DNA of 64,000 nt, from the IMG/VR virus record IMGVR_UViG_3300033997_000035, positions 1 to 64,000 of that record; one strand, written 5' to 3'. Both the position numbers and the translations under genes were made by a program. The DNA comes from a virus. This document shows positions 43,511 through 52,752 of the stretch, one piece after another. The notes below the pieces were generated by a model. That model had not been told where the DNA came from. It worked only from the letters and a program-made list of their open reading frames with translations, and searched no databases. How positions within the stretch are numbered: the stretch's first letter is position 1; each line of letters opens with the position of its first letter.

Positions 43511-45130
43511 TTAGATAATAGAGTAATCTACTCCACTGAGAATAACCGTATCAGTAGCGGAAGACTTTTCAAGAATCACGTTACCACCAGTTTGTATTAG
43601 CAGACTTTCAGTGCTAAATGTGCCGCCAGTTATGCATACTACTGGAATTCGACACTCTACAACAGGTCTATATCTAACATCTAAGGTTAATATTTTTACT
43701 GGGGTTACTGGAGGGCTTCCTATTTGCCCTGCAAACGCTACTCTAGTTAACGAATGACATCTTATTGATGTGTCATATGCCACCCCTGAATCTGGTGTTA
43801 AAGGTGCTAGGATGGTTTCATCCGAGGTTCGAGGCATTGTTCCACCGAAAACACCGCTGCCATTTCCGGCAAACTTTTTCAGTTTTTGCAATTCGTAGTC
43901 AACGGAAGAATAGATCGCAAACTGACCGTTATTCTCGGCGTTTACATACCCTAACCTCGCAAAACCGTCTAAAGAATATCCATTGCCTGAGCAGTTATCG
44001 CAAAAACCATCGCCAAGATTTACGCCATTGTTATCACCAGCCGCTGCTGTAACCTTAACCCCAGTATATGATCCGCCACCAGCATGCCCTGCGCCGCGGA
44101 TCATATGTGAATCACATTTGAAGCTCAATACACCCGCACCGTCTATAGTAACAGCGTCTTGTTTTGTAAGATAGGAGCTAAAACTACCTACAGAAGCCCT
44201 TAGCGTACTAGCACCAGCCGTGCTAGTACGAAACAGCCAATCACATCCCGGGTCTGCGCAAACTTGAGCAATATGTACGCCATTGACATCAGCGTCATCC
44301 GCCTCAATTAGCGTGCCTGCCCCGTACCCGCCTAGCGCTTGTGCAAGCGTCTGAGATACTTGAGTACCAGTCACAGCGTCATACGAATTAGATTTAAGCA
44401 ATACCCCCGCGAAAAAAGCACCCACACCACGTAATTTACCTACCTGAATTGGGCCACACTTAAGAACTACAGGAGTGTTAGAATATACTCCGCTGATGTT
44501 ATCGACTATACATGGAGGATCCAAACCTTCTAAAAGTACCGCATGGCCTGCCGTGGTTGGCGTTTTGCACATGCCGATGACGTTTAAAAGTGTCCAACCA
44601 GTTAATCTACTCCCAAGTGCTACAGTCCCGTCGGATTTTGCATAGTTACTAACTACAATTGCATCGCTTTCAACAGCTTTACCTTCTGATATAGTGTACG
44701 CACCACAGTCAACACCCAAGTCTACTAGAGCCCCACGCTTAATGTTGTAAGAGTGATACCTTCCTTCTAATATTGTCCCACCAATTAGCCTATCAGCGGT
44801 ATTATCAGGGCACCCAGAGCCAAATATATAAACCCCTTCACGCAAATTAACAGGATCTGGGGATTTGAATCTACCTACGGGTAATTCAATAGCAATGTCC
44901 CCTGTTGTAGATGTTAAAATTTCATCAATTCCAGCATAGGTTGAGACAATCTTTTTGGGGATATTGTCAATAAAATCCTGTACACTTCCACCGTTTGCAT
45001 CCAGCACATTATCTGCATCAACTTTAAAATTCCCTTTCTTTAACTTCTTCCCCTCCCCACCTTGGTCTATCAGGAGTAAATCATTATCCCCGACTATTGT
45101 AGCTTCTACCAAACTATCTATTGTAGCCAT
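43511..45130 (-). CDS. tail spike / receptor-binding protein (beta-helix, pectate-lyase-like)
   Basis: 539 aa, Gly/Ser/Thr-rich repetitive beta-strand composition, N-terminal adaptor-like segment, located beside tail genes. Confidence 0.5.
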   Translation of the reverse strand: MATIDSLVEATIVGDNDLLLIDQGGEGKKLKKGNFKVDADNVLDANGGSVQDFIDNIPKKIVSTYAGIDEILTSTTGDIAIELPVGRFKSPDPVNLREGVYIFGSGCPDNTADRLIGGTILEGRYHSYNIKRGALVDLGVDCGAYTISEGKAVESDAIVVSNYAKSDGTVALGSRLTGWTLLNVIGMCKTPTTAGHAVLLEGLDPPCIVDNISGVYSNTPVVLKCGPIQVGKLRGVGAFFAGVLLKSNSYDAVTGTQVSQTLAQALGGYGAGTLIEADDADVNGVHIAQVCADPGCDWLFRTSTAGASTLRASVGSFSSYLTKQDAVTIDGAGVLSFKCDSHMIRGAGHAGGGSYTGVKVTAAAGDNNGVNLGDGFCDNCSGNGYSLDGFARLGYVNAENNGQFAIYSSVDYELQKLKKFAGNGSGVFGGTMPRTSDETILAPLTPDSGVAYDTSIRCHSLTRVAFAGQIGSPPVTPVKILTLDVRYRPVVECRIPVVCITGGTFSTESLLIQTGGNVILEKSSATDTVILSGVDYSII

Positions 45131-45141
45131 TACTTTTCCTT

Positions 45142-45615
45142 CTAAAAGTGTTTTTCAACTATCCACATAAGTAGTGCAGATAACCCTAATAAATTCTCGC
45201 GTGTATTATGTCTTTCATTAGTTGTTGAGACATAGGAACATAACCCTACTGCTAATATAGTTAGTTCTCTGTAGAAGTAGTTGCTATAACTCAACAATGA
45301 ATATCCGAATACCTTAATGTCGTATTGCAAAGTGCCAAGGATTATACCCATATCTATCCACCATACACCCAGCATCAATAAGAAGAATGCTACCTTACCT
45401 GTAAGCTTTTGACACAATGTGATACATGCTAGATAACATGCAGTGTGTATTAAAAGTAGTGACAGGTTGGCGGCATCTTGTGAATATAAATAGGTTGTGG
45501 TAATGAATGTCAGTAGATATGAGTATAATATGACCCTTGCAACTTTACGTGTAACCGCACAATGACTCCCATCTGCATATAATATTAATACCACTGGGAA
45601 TAATAGTGGGTTCAT
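45142..45615 (-). CDS. integral membrane protein (4-5 TM)
   Basis: Hydrophobic throughout. Confidence 0.55.
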   Translation of the reverse strand: MNPLLFPVVLILYADGSHCAVTRKVARVILYSYLLTFITTTYLYSQDAANLSLLLIHTACYLACITLCQKLTGKVAFFLLMLGVWWIDMGIILGTLQYDIKVFGYSLLSYSNYFYRELTILAVGLCSYVSTTNERHNTRENLLGLSALLMWIVEKHF

Positions 45616-45617
45616 AT

Positions 45618-45875
45618 TTATTTCTTACCTTCTTTTTCAAGTATTAACTTCATGAGAAGATCTTTAATCTCTTTAACGTCTTCTTTGATATTATCTGTAC
45701 TTGCTGCAAGAACCTTAATATCAGCAGACATATCTGACACACGTTTATCTATCTCGACCACACGGTCTTCTGTTTTAACGAAACGTTCATCGATCATACT
45801 CCAACCTTTAATCAACACTGGCACCAATGCTGCCCACAGGTATTTAAACAGTGCCAACACATCTATATTACCCAT
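45618..45875 (-). CDS. membrane-anchored coiled-coil protein (holin/antiholin-like candidate)
   Basis: Start at MGNIDVLALFKYLWAALVPVLIKGW (TM segment), followed by a charged coiled coil. Confidence 0.4.
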   Translation of the reverse strand: MGNIDVLALFKYLWAALVPVLIKGWSMIDERFVKTEDRVVEIDKRVSDMSADIKVLAASTDNIKEDVKEIKDLLMKLILEKEGKK

Positions 45876-45894
45876 GAGGCAGTCCTTATTCTTA

Positions 45895-46113
45895 TTATTG
45901 TTTTTGTTGTTTACACAACCTTTCGTATGTGCTGTCATGGGTCTCAATCTTCTTGGCTAATTCTGAGCTTATTACATCAATATCTTTGTCTGATGGAATG
46001 ATAGGTGTTGCTACTAAACAGTAATCATTTGTTACGCTGACGCAACCTGTCACGAATGTCAATATCAGAAAGAGTATCAATGTGCTCACGGATTTCTTTA
46101 GCTTGCTTTGCAT
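45895..46113 (-). CDS. o-spanin (outer-membrane lipoprotein) candidate
   Basis: MQSKLKKSVSTLILFLILTFVTGC lipobox; GAGGTG RBS 7 nt upstream. The start lies inside the i-spanin gene in another frame. Confidence 0.55.
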   Translation of the reverse strand: MQSKLKKSVSTLILFLILTFVTGCVSVTNDYCLVATPIIPSDKDIDVISSELAKKIETHDSTYERLCKQQKQ

Positions 46114-46231
46114 TATCCAGCACCTCATTTTGAGCTTTAGAAGTTGTGGAGTCCTTTCCACTCTGCTTTCCTTGGAAAAAGGCTGCAATAATAGCAAGGA
46201 TAAATAACCCTAACGCTATTAGGTATTCCAT
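46025..46231 (-). CDS. i-spanin candidate
   Basis: N-terminal TM segment (LIALGLFILAIIAAFF) plus a charged periplasmic domain; overlaps the o-spanin gene. Confidence 0.5.
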   Translation of the reverse strand: MEYLIALGLFILAIIAAFFQGKQSGKDSTTSKAQNEVLDNAKQAKEIREHIDTLSDIDIRDRLRQRNK

Positions 46232-46237
46232 AAAAGT

Positions 46238-46453
46238 TTACTGACCCTTCTTCACATTCCAGACAGATAATTTGTCGAGGATGGCTGACACAACACCTAA
46301 ATATTGTTTAGCTTTAGCGACAAACTCATCGTCTTTGGTAGTGGGAGTAACTGCTGCAAATTTCTCTAGTGCACCGACAACTGTAGTTGCGAAAATTACT
46401 AATGCACCGAAATACATTAATCCATCTTGAAAGTATTGAATCCACATTTCCAT
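46238..46453 (-). CDS. holin-like small membrane protein
   Basis: 71 aa with a TM segment (LMYFGALVIFATTVVGAL); adjacent to the spanins. Confidence 0.4.
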   Translation of the reverse strand: MEMWIQYFQDGLMYFGALVIFATTVVGALEKFAAVTPTTKDDEFVAKAKQYLGVVSAILDKLSVWNVKKGQ

Positions 46454-46484
46454 TTTAATTTACCTTTTGTTGTTTATAAAATTA

Positions 46485-47249
46485 TTAAGCTGTGCGCTTC
46501 CAGAAGTATACACCCAATGATGGTTGACACACGTTGAAGGGTGTACTCGTCCCAGTTGCATCCGTTGAGCGTTGTCCAGACTGACCTGTGATTGGTGTAC
46601 CAGCAATGTCATTGCCTGCAACACCAGTTTCTTGGTCATCATAAGTGGTTAGTGTATGACTGTGGCTTACTAACTCAGCTTGAGTCATTGTGTGCTGATA
46701 CTCACCGAACGTCTGGCCGTCTGTGATTACTTTATTGAAACCATTTGAGTCAGTACCAGTACCTACACCAACAAGTGTTCTACCTTGACCAACTGCTACC
46801 CATGTACCACGCCCTAACAAAGTAGAGGGGTTTGTAGCAACACCTGTCACTGTGTAGATTGTTCCTACTGGGTGCATCCTATCAAAGAAGTCGTTATATA
46901 GTGTATCAATGTCCAGACCTAGGTTAGTCCTTGCAGTAGCTTTGTTAGGAACATCCGCTAGGTTCTGATCTTTACGTAAGTAATCAGTTAATATGATGCC
47001 AAGGTTGGTTCTAGCTACCGCTGCATCATCCACATCACTGAGATTTAATGCTGGAGATAATGTATCATTCTTAGCAACATCAGTTAATAAATTTAACAAT
47101 GTATTGATGTGCTGTGCGTTCACTGGGTTGAGTCTTAACCAACCATTCAACCATAAGTCATCGCCTATTGACAGTTTGTTTGGCGTTAACTCTATTGGGT
47201 CTATTACTGTCTGACTAGCCCAAATCTTCAAATCTTCTCTTGCTGTCAT
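46485..47249 (-). CDS. tail fibre protein with phage tail-collar domain
   Basis: GEYQHTMTQAELVSHSHTL matches the tail-collar signature (..H.LT..E.P.H.H). Confidence 0.65.
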   Translation of the reverse strand: MTAREDLKIWASQTVIDPIELTPNKLSIGDDLWLNGWLRLNPVNAQHINTLLNLLTDVAKNDTLSPALNLSDVDDAAVARTNLGIILTDYLRKDQNLADVPNKATARTNLGLDIDTLYNDFFDRMHPVGTIYTVTGVATNPSTLLGRGTWVAVGQGRTLVGVGTGTDSNGFNKVITDGQTFGEYQHTMTQAELVSHSHTLTTYDDQETGVAGNDIAGTPITGQSGQRSTDATGTSTPFNVCQPSLGVYFWKRTA

Positions 47250-47257
47250 AAGACCCT

Positions 47258-47950
47258 CTAATTTACAATAACCTGTGCTAACAAACCTTCACTTATTCCA
47301 ACTGAAGTTCCAGTAGTTGTAGCCACTTGTAATTGTTCACCATTGACAATCAATGGTTGTAAGATACCACCAGATACTACTTCTATTCCTACCAACCCAG
47401 CCCAATCAAAATAGGCATGTTGTGTATTAGTTTCGTCTCCTGCTAAATTCTGCCAAGAGGGTACAAACCTGTCACCATTAATATTATTTATTAGTGTTAC
47501 ACTAACACCTGCTGGTTTAATCTGGTCAATTAGTTTTGAAAACCCTTCGGTGCTTACACCTTCAGGTATTTCCAACACATTGAAAAACGATGCAGGGAAG
47601 TAGTCGATAATTCTAGAACTAACAGCTCCCGTAAATTGTTTAGTAATATCTATGATTGTATTTGGAGTACCATCTGAACTGTTTGCAGCAATTTTAAGTA
47701 GGAGTGCCGATCGGTATTCTGCGTCAATTCTGCCTTCTCTTGGTTGCCCAACAATCTTCCCTATATAGTCTAACCATTCACCTACAGCTGTCTGGATATT
47801 CTTCTGGTCGGCTATAGATAATGTTGCAACTTCTAACTCTTGTATTTCTTCTAAGAACAACTTGAGTAGTTTATTAAAGTTCTCTTTATCTAAGAAATCA
47901 ATATTCCTACTCAACCCCAATTCTACTTGGTCGATTAATGTAGGTATCAT
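47258..47950 (-). CDS. baseplate wedge protein (gpI/DUF2612-like)
   Basis: Position directly downstream of the J-like gene; 230 aa. Confidence 0.4.
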   Translation of the reverse strand: MIPTLIDQVELGLSRNIDFLDKENFNKLLKLFLEEIQELEVATLSIADQKNIQTAVGEWLDYIGKIVGQPREGRIDAEYRSALLLKIAANSSDGTPNTIIDITKQFTGAVSSRIIDYFPASFFNVLEIPEGVSTEGFSKLIDQIKPAGVSVTLINNINGDRFVPSWQNLAGDETNTQHAYFDWAGLVGIEVVSGGILQPLIVNGEQLQVATTTGTSVGISEGLLAQVIVN

Positions 47951-49395
47951 GTTAGTAAAGGCACCCTGTCAGCTGAGAAGATGAGGTTAGTGACGTTGTT
48001 AACGGGTAGCCGTGTTGTTGACCACACAGGTACATCAGTTGGGTTATTTGTAATTGAAACTTCAATCTTACTAATATACACACCACTTACTTTAGAGTAT
48101 ATATTACCGTAGAATTTAGTAGGTTCAAAATCTTCGCCACGGTAGAATTTATTACCTGTCTCCACAACAGCGGCTTTGATATTGGCCTCGCCATCAGGGA
48201 GAAATTCCTCTTCAGAGTTAATTTGATACGTAACTCTAACCCAAGCATACTTGTTGTCAAACCTAGAGAATTTGACCAACTGTGTGTCACCATTGCGGTC
48301 AATAACTTCAACCGAAACATTACCCCAAGTCTCTATACCAGCAGGCTTAGTCTCCCATACAACACTGGCTATTTGACTATCTAACCCGCCAGCTACATAA
48401 ACCTCGTAACTCTTTGGTGGACGACCATCTAAGTCTGTGGATAATGTTGTATTTTCTACTACATATGCAAATGACACACCCTCTAAATCACTAACAGTAG
48501 TTTCTATGGAAGGTTTAGTGGCAGTACCAGAGGCTTGTTCGTAATCTTCCATACGTTGACGTAATTCTGCGTCAGTTTCTTCTTCTCTACCCACACTCCA
48601 GTCAGTTAGGTTAGTGACTGAGATTATCCCTATGACAGGCTGTATGATTGTAGTAAGTGTCCCTGCGAAGAATTGAATTGCACCTGTCGTTGTGGCACTT
48701 GCCTCTACTAAAGAACTCGCAGATATAAAATTAATACCAACACTGTGGCTAGTTGACAAATTGTTGCTTGACGCCAAGCTGTATACCAGTATCTGCCCTG
48801 TAGCAATAGACCACTCTGCTGTGTATTCAGTTCCTCCACCAACTGCAATAGCATTTGCCAACGACGATGCTACTGTAGCGGCACTTTGACCTATTGCTGC
48901 TGTTCTAGAGTAAGGTGTTCCATTAACTGTAATAGTGTAAGTATTTCCAACCACCACGGACGGCAATGTAAATCTGGATTGGTTACAAGCATTACGGTTT
49001 ATAGTTAGCGCATTATTGGTTAAGACAATTTCTTGGTTAGATGTTGATCTTACTGGTGTAAACTGTGGGACAGTAATATTATTAGCACCAGTAAATAATA
49101 AAGTTCCAGTACTTCCTGATGCCGATAAACGAGTTAATCTAATTAGTCCAGCCAAGTCATCGAGGTACTTACCCTCAGCCTTATCCCTGTTACCTTGGTT
49201 AGCCACGGCAGCAGATAGATCCCATTGGTCTTTTAATCCAGCACCTAGTACACCAAACAATATCCCAATTTTACTATCAGGGGTTACTGGTATTTCAGTA
49301 CCAAAATACTCTGGACTCTTGGCTCTAGTTTGCAAATCACTTATAATTTCTGTGTATAATTTCGGCTCAAAGCCATTTGCTGTAATACCAGCCAT
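47947..49395 (-). CDS. baseplate J-like protein
   Basis: 482 aa; position between the gp25/W-like and wedge genes. Confidence 0.55.
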   Translation of the reverse strand: MAGITANGFEPKLYTEIISDLQTRAKSPEYFGTEIPVTPDSKIGILFGVLGAGLKDQWDLSAAVANQGNRDKAEGKYLDDLAGLIRLTRLSASGSTGTLLFTGANNITVPQFTPVRSTSNQEIVLTNNALTINRNACNQSRFTLPSVVVGNTYTITVNGTPYSRTAAIGQSAATVASSLANAIAVGGGTEYTAEWSIATGQILVYSLASSNNLSTSHSVGINFISASSLVEASATTTGAIQFFAGTLTTIIQPVIGIISVTNLTDWSVGREEETDAELRQRMEDYEQASGTATKPSIETTVSDLEGVSFAYVVENTTLSTDLDGRPPKSYEVYVAGGLDSQIASVVWETKPAGIETWGNVSVEVIDRNGDTQLVKFSRFDNKYAWVRVTYQINSEEEFLPDGEANIKAAVVETGNKFYRGEDFEPTKFYGNIYSKVSGVYISKIEVSITNNPTDVPVWSTTRLPVNNVTNLIFSADRVPLLT

Positions 49396-49407
49396 AAATG
49401 TCCTCTC

Positions 49408-49818
49408 TTAAATATTGAAGGTTACAGAGGGGAACACAATCTCCTCACCATTAGCCACGGCTGAATAGTTATACACAAAGACTCTTGCAACTTCGTCAAA
49501 AGTGTAAGACGATGTTAGTCTCGAAATGAATGGTAGGTCTAATATATACTTATCCAAAGTAGCCTTAACATATTGAGGTGCATTAGGAGACTTATCACCT
49601 AAAAAATACCTCAAGTTTTCAGCCAGTGTTTCATTTGGATTCTTGATATAGGGTAATCCTGCTGTAATATCAGCAAACCATTCAGTTATATTTAAACTCA
49701 GTGCCTGTGCCAATCTCTGTTCCGCTTCGGTGCGGGAATCTGGGGTTAGTTGTAACCCTTTTGAATTGTTCTCACCAAAGTCTAAATCACCAGTCAAAGG
49801 TGACAATAAAAAATCCAT
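49408..49818 (-). CDS. baseplate wedge initiator (gp25/W-like)
   Basis: 136 aa; canonical position after the spike gene. Confidence 0.45.
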   Translation of the reverse strand: MDFLLSPLTGDLDFGENNSKGLQLTPDSRTEAEQRLAQALSLNITEWFADITAGLPYIKNPNETLAENLRYFLGDKSPNAPQYVKATLDKYILDLPFISRLTSSYTFDEVARVFVYNYSAVANGEEIVFPSVTFNI

Positions 49819-49829
49819 AAATTATCACC

Positions 49830-50633
49830 TTATGCAAATGGAGGGACTTGGTTATTATGTGTATGGCCTTCAACTGCAACACCGTTAATGGTCACGGAAC
49901 TCTCTACAACCACATTACCAATTGTCATCGTACCACCAGAACCTGTAAGCGAACTGTATGTGGGTGACTTAGTTCCACCTTTTAACGAAGACATACCTTC
50001 AACTTCAAGTGTTCCACCAACTTTAACATTACCTGTAAACTCACTCTCTGGTGCGTCAATGTATGCCTTAGCACACTTAATGTTCACTTGAGCAGGGGTT
50101 ATAACATCTACGTCTGCATCTGTTTCAAGAGTGTATTTACCTTCTGGGGTAACAGTTAGTGTGGTATTCTTATGCCTGAATATGTAATTCAATTTACTTG
50201 GGCGTTGATTACTAGAACGAGTCCCGAAGCCATGTTCAACCCAGCAGTCACGGATATCGGCAACCATATCAATCGGTTCGTCTACAGCCTGCCCAGAGTT
50301 ATCTAGGAATGTGCTGAGGTTGCGATGTGCCCAGTGTAATGTAACTAAATCCCCGACCTTGATTGGTAGACATATACTTACATCCCCGCCTGCTGGAAGC
50401 TTAACAAACACCTTCTTAATAAGGACGGCCTCAATGATCGCTTCATCCTCGTAAACATCGTTTATAAGCCCCCTAACATCCACGCATTGGAGAGTTTCGT
50501 AGTCGTCAATACCAACTACTACCGCTGGTAATGCGATGTATAGGTCTTCTCTGGTGAAGTCTGTGAGGGACTTCTGGATAAGTTCTCTTGTTGAGAGGAC
50601 GCCAATATCTATCGGTCTTCTTTGTGCTGCCAT
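49830..50633 (-). CDS. baseplate central spike / gpV-like protein
   Basis: Start at MAAQRRPIDIG (TAATG overlap). C-terminal Gly-rich needle repeats GGTLEVEG..SLKGG..SLTGSGG. Confidence 0.5.
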   Translation of the reverse strand: MAAQRRPIDIGVLSTRELIQKSLTDFTREDLYIALPAVVVGIDDYETLQCVDVRGLINDVYEDEAIIEAVLIKKVFVKLPAGGDVSICLPIKVGDLVTLHWAHRNLSTFLDNSGQAVDEPIDMVADIRDCWVEHGFGTRSSNQRPSKLNYIFRHKNTTLTVTPEGKYTLETDADVDVITPAQVNIKCAKAYIDAPESEFTGNVKVGGTLEVEGMSSLKGGTKSPTYSSLTGSGGTMTIGNVVVESSVTINGVAVEGHTHNNQVPPFA

Positions 50634-51676
50634 TACATTGGTTCCCCGCGAACAGTGACACTCCAAGCGTTACCTAGGAAGTCTGCCTCAACTTTAATTG
50701 TAGTGGCCTTATATGTACCAGCAAGTTCCTTGGAGGTTTCAGGAAGTATCGTGAAGAACTGCCCTAACTCAATAGGGATTAAATAGGTGGTAAGTTGAAC
50801 ACCACGTTTAATGTTCTTCTGATTGAAATACTTTTCACCATTCTGTATGATAGGGTCTAATGCTAACACACCTTTGTCTGGAATAGTGAATGTATTTCTA
50901 CCTACTAGAAGATATTCAGGGGTTCCGTTCACAAGTTGGTATGGTTGCAGGTTGTATTTACCATTATAGCGGAAATAAGACACACCATATGACTTACACA
51001 ATCTATCAAACTCTTTTGATAATACACCTTGGAAACTTTTACCCCCATTGATCCTAACTCCGTCTAGATAATCAATAGCCATAGTTCCAATGCTACCAGA
51101 AGGGAACTTAGTGATAAGGTCTTTCATGATCTCACTAACTGGCATACTCTCGTCATACTGCAAGCTGACCTTGGTGTTCTTATGATCAACAAACCCATCT
51201 TTAGCAGTGATGGTGTAAATCATATCCTCACCAACACGTTTAGGTTGAATGTCGTATATATCTCCAGAGTAGTAAAGGTCTAGTGAATTATCAGGTTCAT
51301 ACCCAAGCCACACTTGGATCATGGAGTTTTCTGTATGCAGAATACCAAGTGTATCTTCATTTAGATTGGCTAGTTCAATGGTTGATTTCTCATTCGCTGT
51401 CCCACCAGATGGTGCACCCCTCGTAGTTTCCAGTTTGAAGTAGAACCCACGTTTAGGGTTAGGAGGCAGGTTAGATAGATTAATAATCTTACCAGCAGGA
51501 ATAGTAGTAGCATCCACCTTTACTGTAGTGTCAATTAAAGTCTCAGATTGCTTACCATCGATCCCGAGGACAGGTTTACCTGTTATCACACCAGATTTAT
51601 ACGTGTAACTTTCTATATTTCTCTGTGGAGCACCGATGACAATTTTCATACGGCGTCCGAATGCTGTAACTGCCAT
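50633..51676 (-). CDS. baseplate hub / tail protein (gpD/Mu gp44-like position)
   Basis: 347 aa, between the tape measure-distal genes and the spike gene. Confidence 0.4.
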   Translation of the reverse strand: MAVTAFGRRMKIVIGAPQRNIESYTYKSGVITGKPVLGIDGKQSETLIDTTVKVDATTIPAGKIINLSNLPPNPKRGFYFKLETTRGAPSGGTANEKSTIELANLNEDTLGILHTENSMIQVWLGYEPDNSLDLYYSGDIYDIQPKRVGEDMIYTITAKDGFVDHKNTKVSLQYDESMPVSEIMKDLITKFPSGSIGTMAIDYLDGVRINGGKSFQGVLSKEFDRLCKSYGVSYFRYNGKYNLQPYQLVNGTPEYLLVGRNTFTIPDKGVLALDPIIQNGEKYFNQKNIKRGVQLTTYLIPIELGQFFTILPETSKELAGTYKATTIKVEADFLGNAWSVTVRGEPM

Positions 51677-51760
51677 TTAGCACAATCTCATCGTTACGTC
51701 CATCAATGATTAAGTGTAGCATGATTAGTCTTTTGAATCAATTTACGTAATTGACAGCCA

Positions 51761-51786
51761 ACAAAAAGCCCACAATTAAGTGGGCT
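51761..51786 (-). terminator. intrinsic terminator (minus strand)
   Basis: AGCCCAC-TTAATT-GTGGGCT followed by TTTTTGT on the minus strand. Confidence 0.55.
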
Positions 51787-51790
51787 AATT

Positions 51791-52159
51791 CTAACGCTTA
51801 TTTATACCAAGCTCATCCATTTCAGATTGGGTCAAGTAGAACAAACCCCAGTCCTTACCTTCACCAAAGTTGTCCTTCGTGAGTGTGTTGGACGGGTCGC
51901 CTGTTTTATTAAACACCCAAAAGTCTCCATCTGGTAATCCAAAAGTATTTCTACTGTATCGCCATGTCAGGTTCTGACCATTTTCGCTGATAATACCTAA
52001 GCTTCCAAGGATCAATTCATCATCTGGGGTATATAAGGACACATACCATCCATTACGATTGTTGTAACCTGTGTGCATACGGTAGTTACCAGATTCAATT
52101 TGATAGTCCCTAACTTCGACTACTTGGTAATCCCCAGTACAGTTAAACTCAATAGCCAT
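51791..52159 (-). CDS. tail-associated hypothetical protein
   Basis: 122-aa ORF with ATGA overlap. Confidence 0.5.
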   Translation of the reverse strand: MAIEFNCTGDYQVVEVRDYQIESGNYRMHTGYNNRNGWYVSLYTPDDELILGSLGIISENGQNLTWRYSRNTFGLPDGDFWVFNKTGDPSNTLTKDNFGEGKDWGLFYLTQSEMDELGINKR

Positions 52160-52752
52160 TATCCACCTCCTGTTGGTGTAGTTGTTTCACCAATCTTATT
52201 AGTCTCAATATATTTCTGAGTGAGGTTGTAGCCATCAATCTGAGTCTTAGTTCCAGTTTTAGGGTCAGTAGTTGAAGCCAGAGAACTGCCTGTAGCTGCA
52301 TTAGGCTTCACTGTCACCGCAGTAAGTGTATCCAACTGAGCTTTCATTCCGAAATCTAGTTGCTGAACACCTAGGTTAACTGCAAGAGAGTCCTTTCCCT
52401 CTTTAACGTAATTGAATGATGTTATTACACAGTTTGCGAAGGATGGTACTAATCCATCAGCAGTTCCGTACAGTGTGAACACAACCGCTTCGTCCATACA
52501 CTGGTTTATTAGCTGGACATATTTCTCAGGGGTTTGAGTTTCATTGCGTATCTTAGTGGAGTTGATGGTGCCAACAATGTTGATGTTAGGTAAGTCGGGG
52601 TGATAATGATCACTCACTTTCACCCCACTCTGTAGTGTGTTCATAGTAGTGGAGGCAGAACGCATCACCTCCATACTGCTTGTCACATCTAACATTAACA
52701 ACGTATTACCATCAGCAGCTAAAAAGAATACCACATCTTTTAAAGTTGCCAT
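52159..52752 (-). CDS. tail-associated protein (DNA-circulation/distal tail position)
   Basis: 197 aa, immediately downstream of the tape measure gene. Confidence 0.45.
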   Translation of the reverse strand: MATLKDVVFFLAADGNTLLMLDVTSSMEVMRSASTTMNTLQSGVKVSDHYHPDLPNINIVGTINSTKIRNETQTPEKYVQLINQCMDEAVVFTLYGTADGLVPSFANCVITSFNYVKEGKDSLAVNLGVQQLDFGMKAQLDTLTAVTVKPNAATGSSLASTTDPKTGTKTQIDGYNLTQKYIETNKIGETTTPTGGG

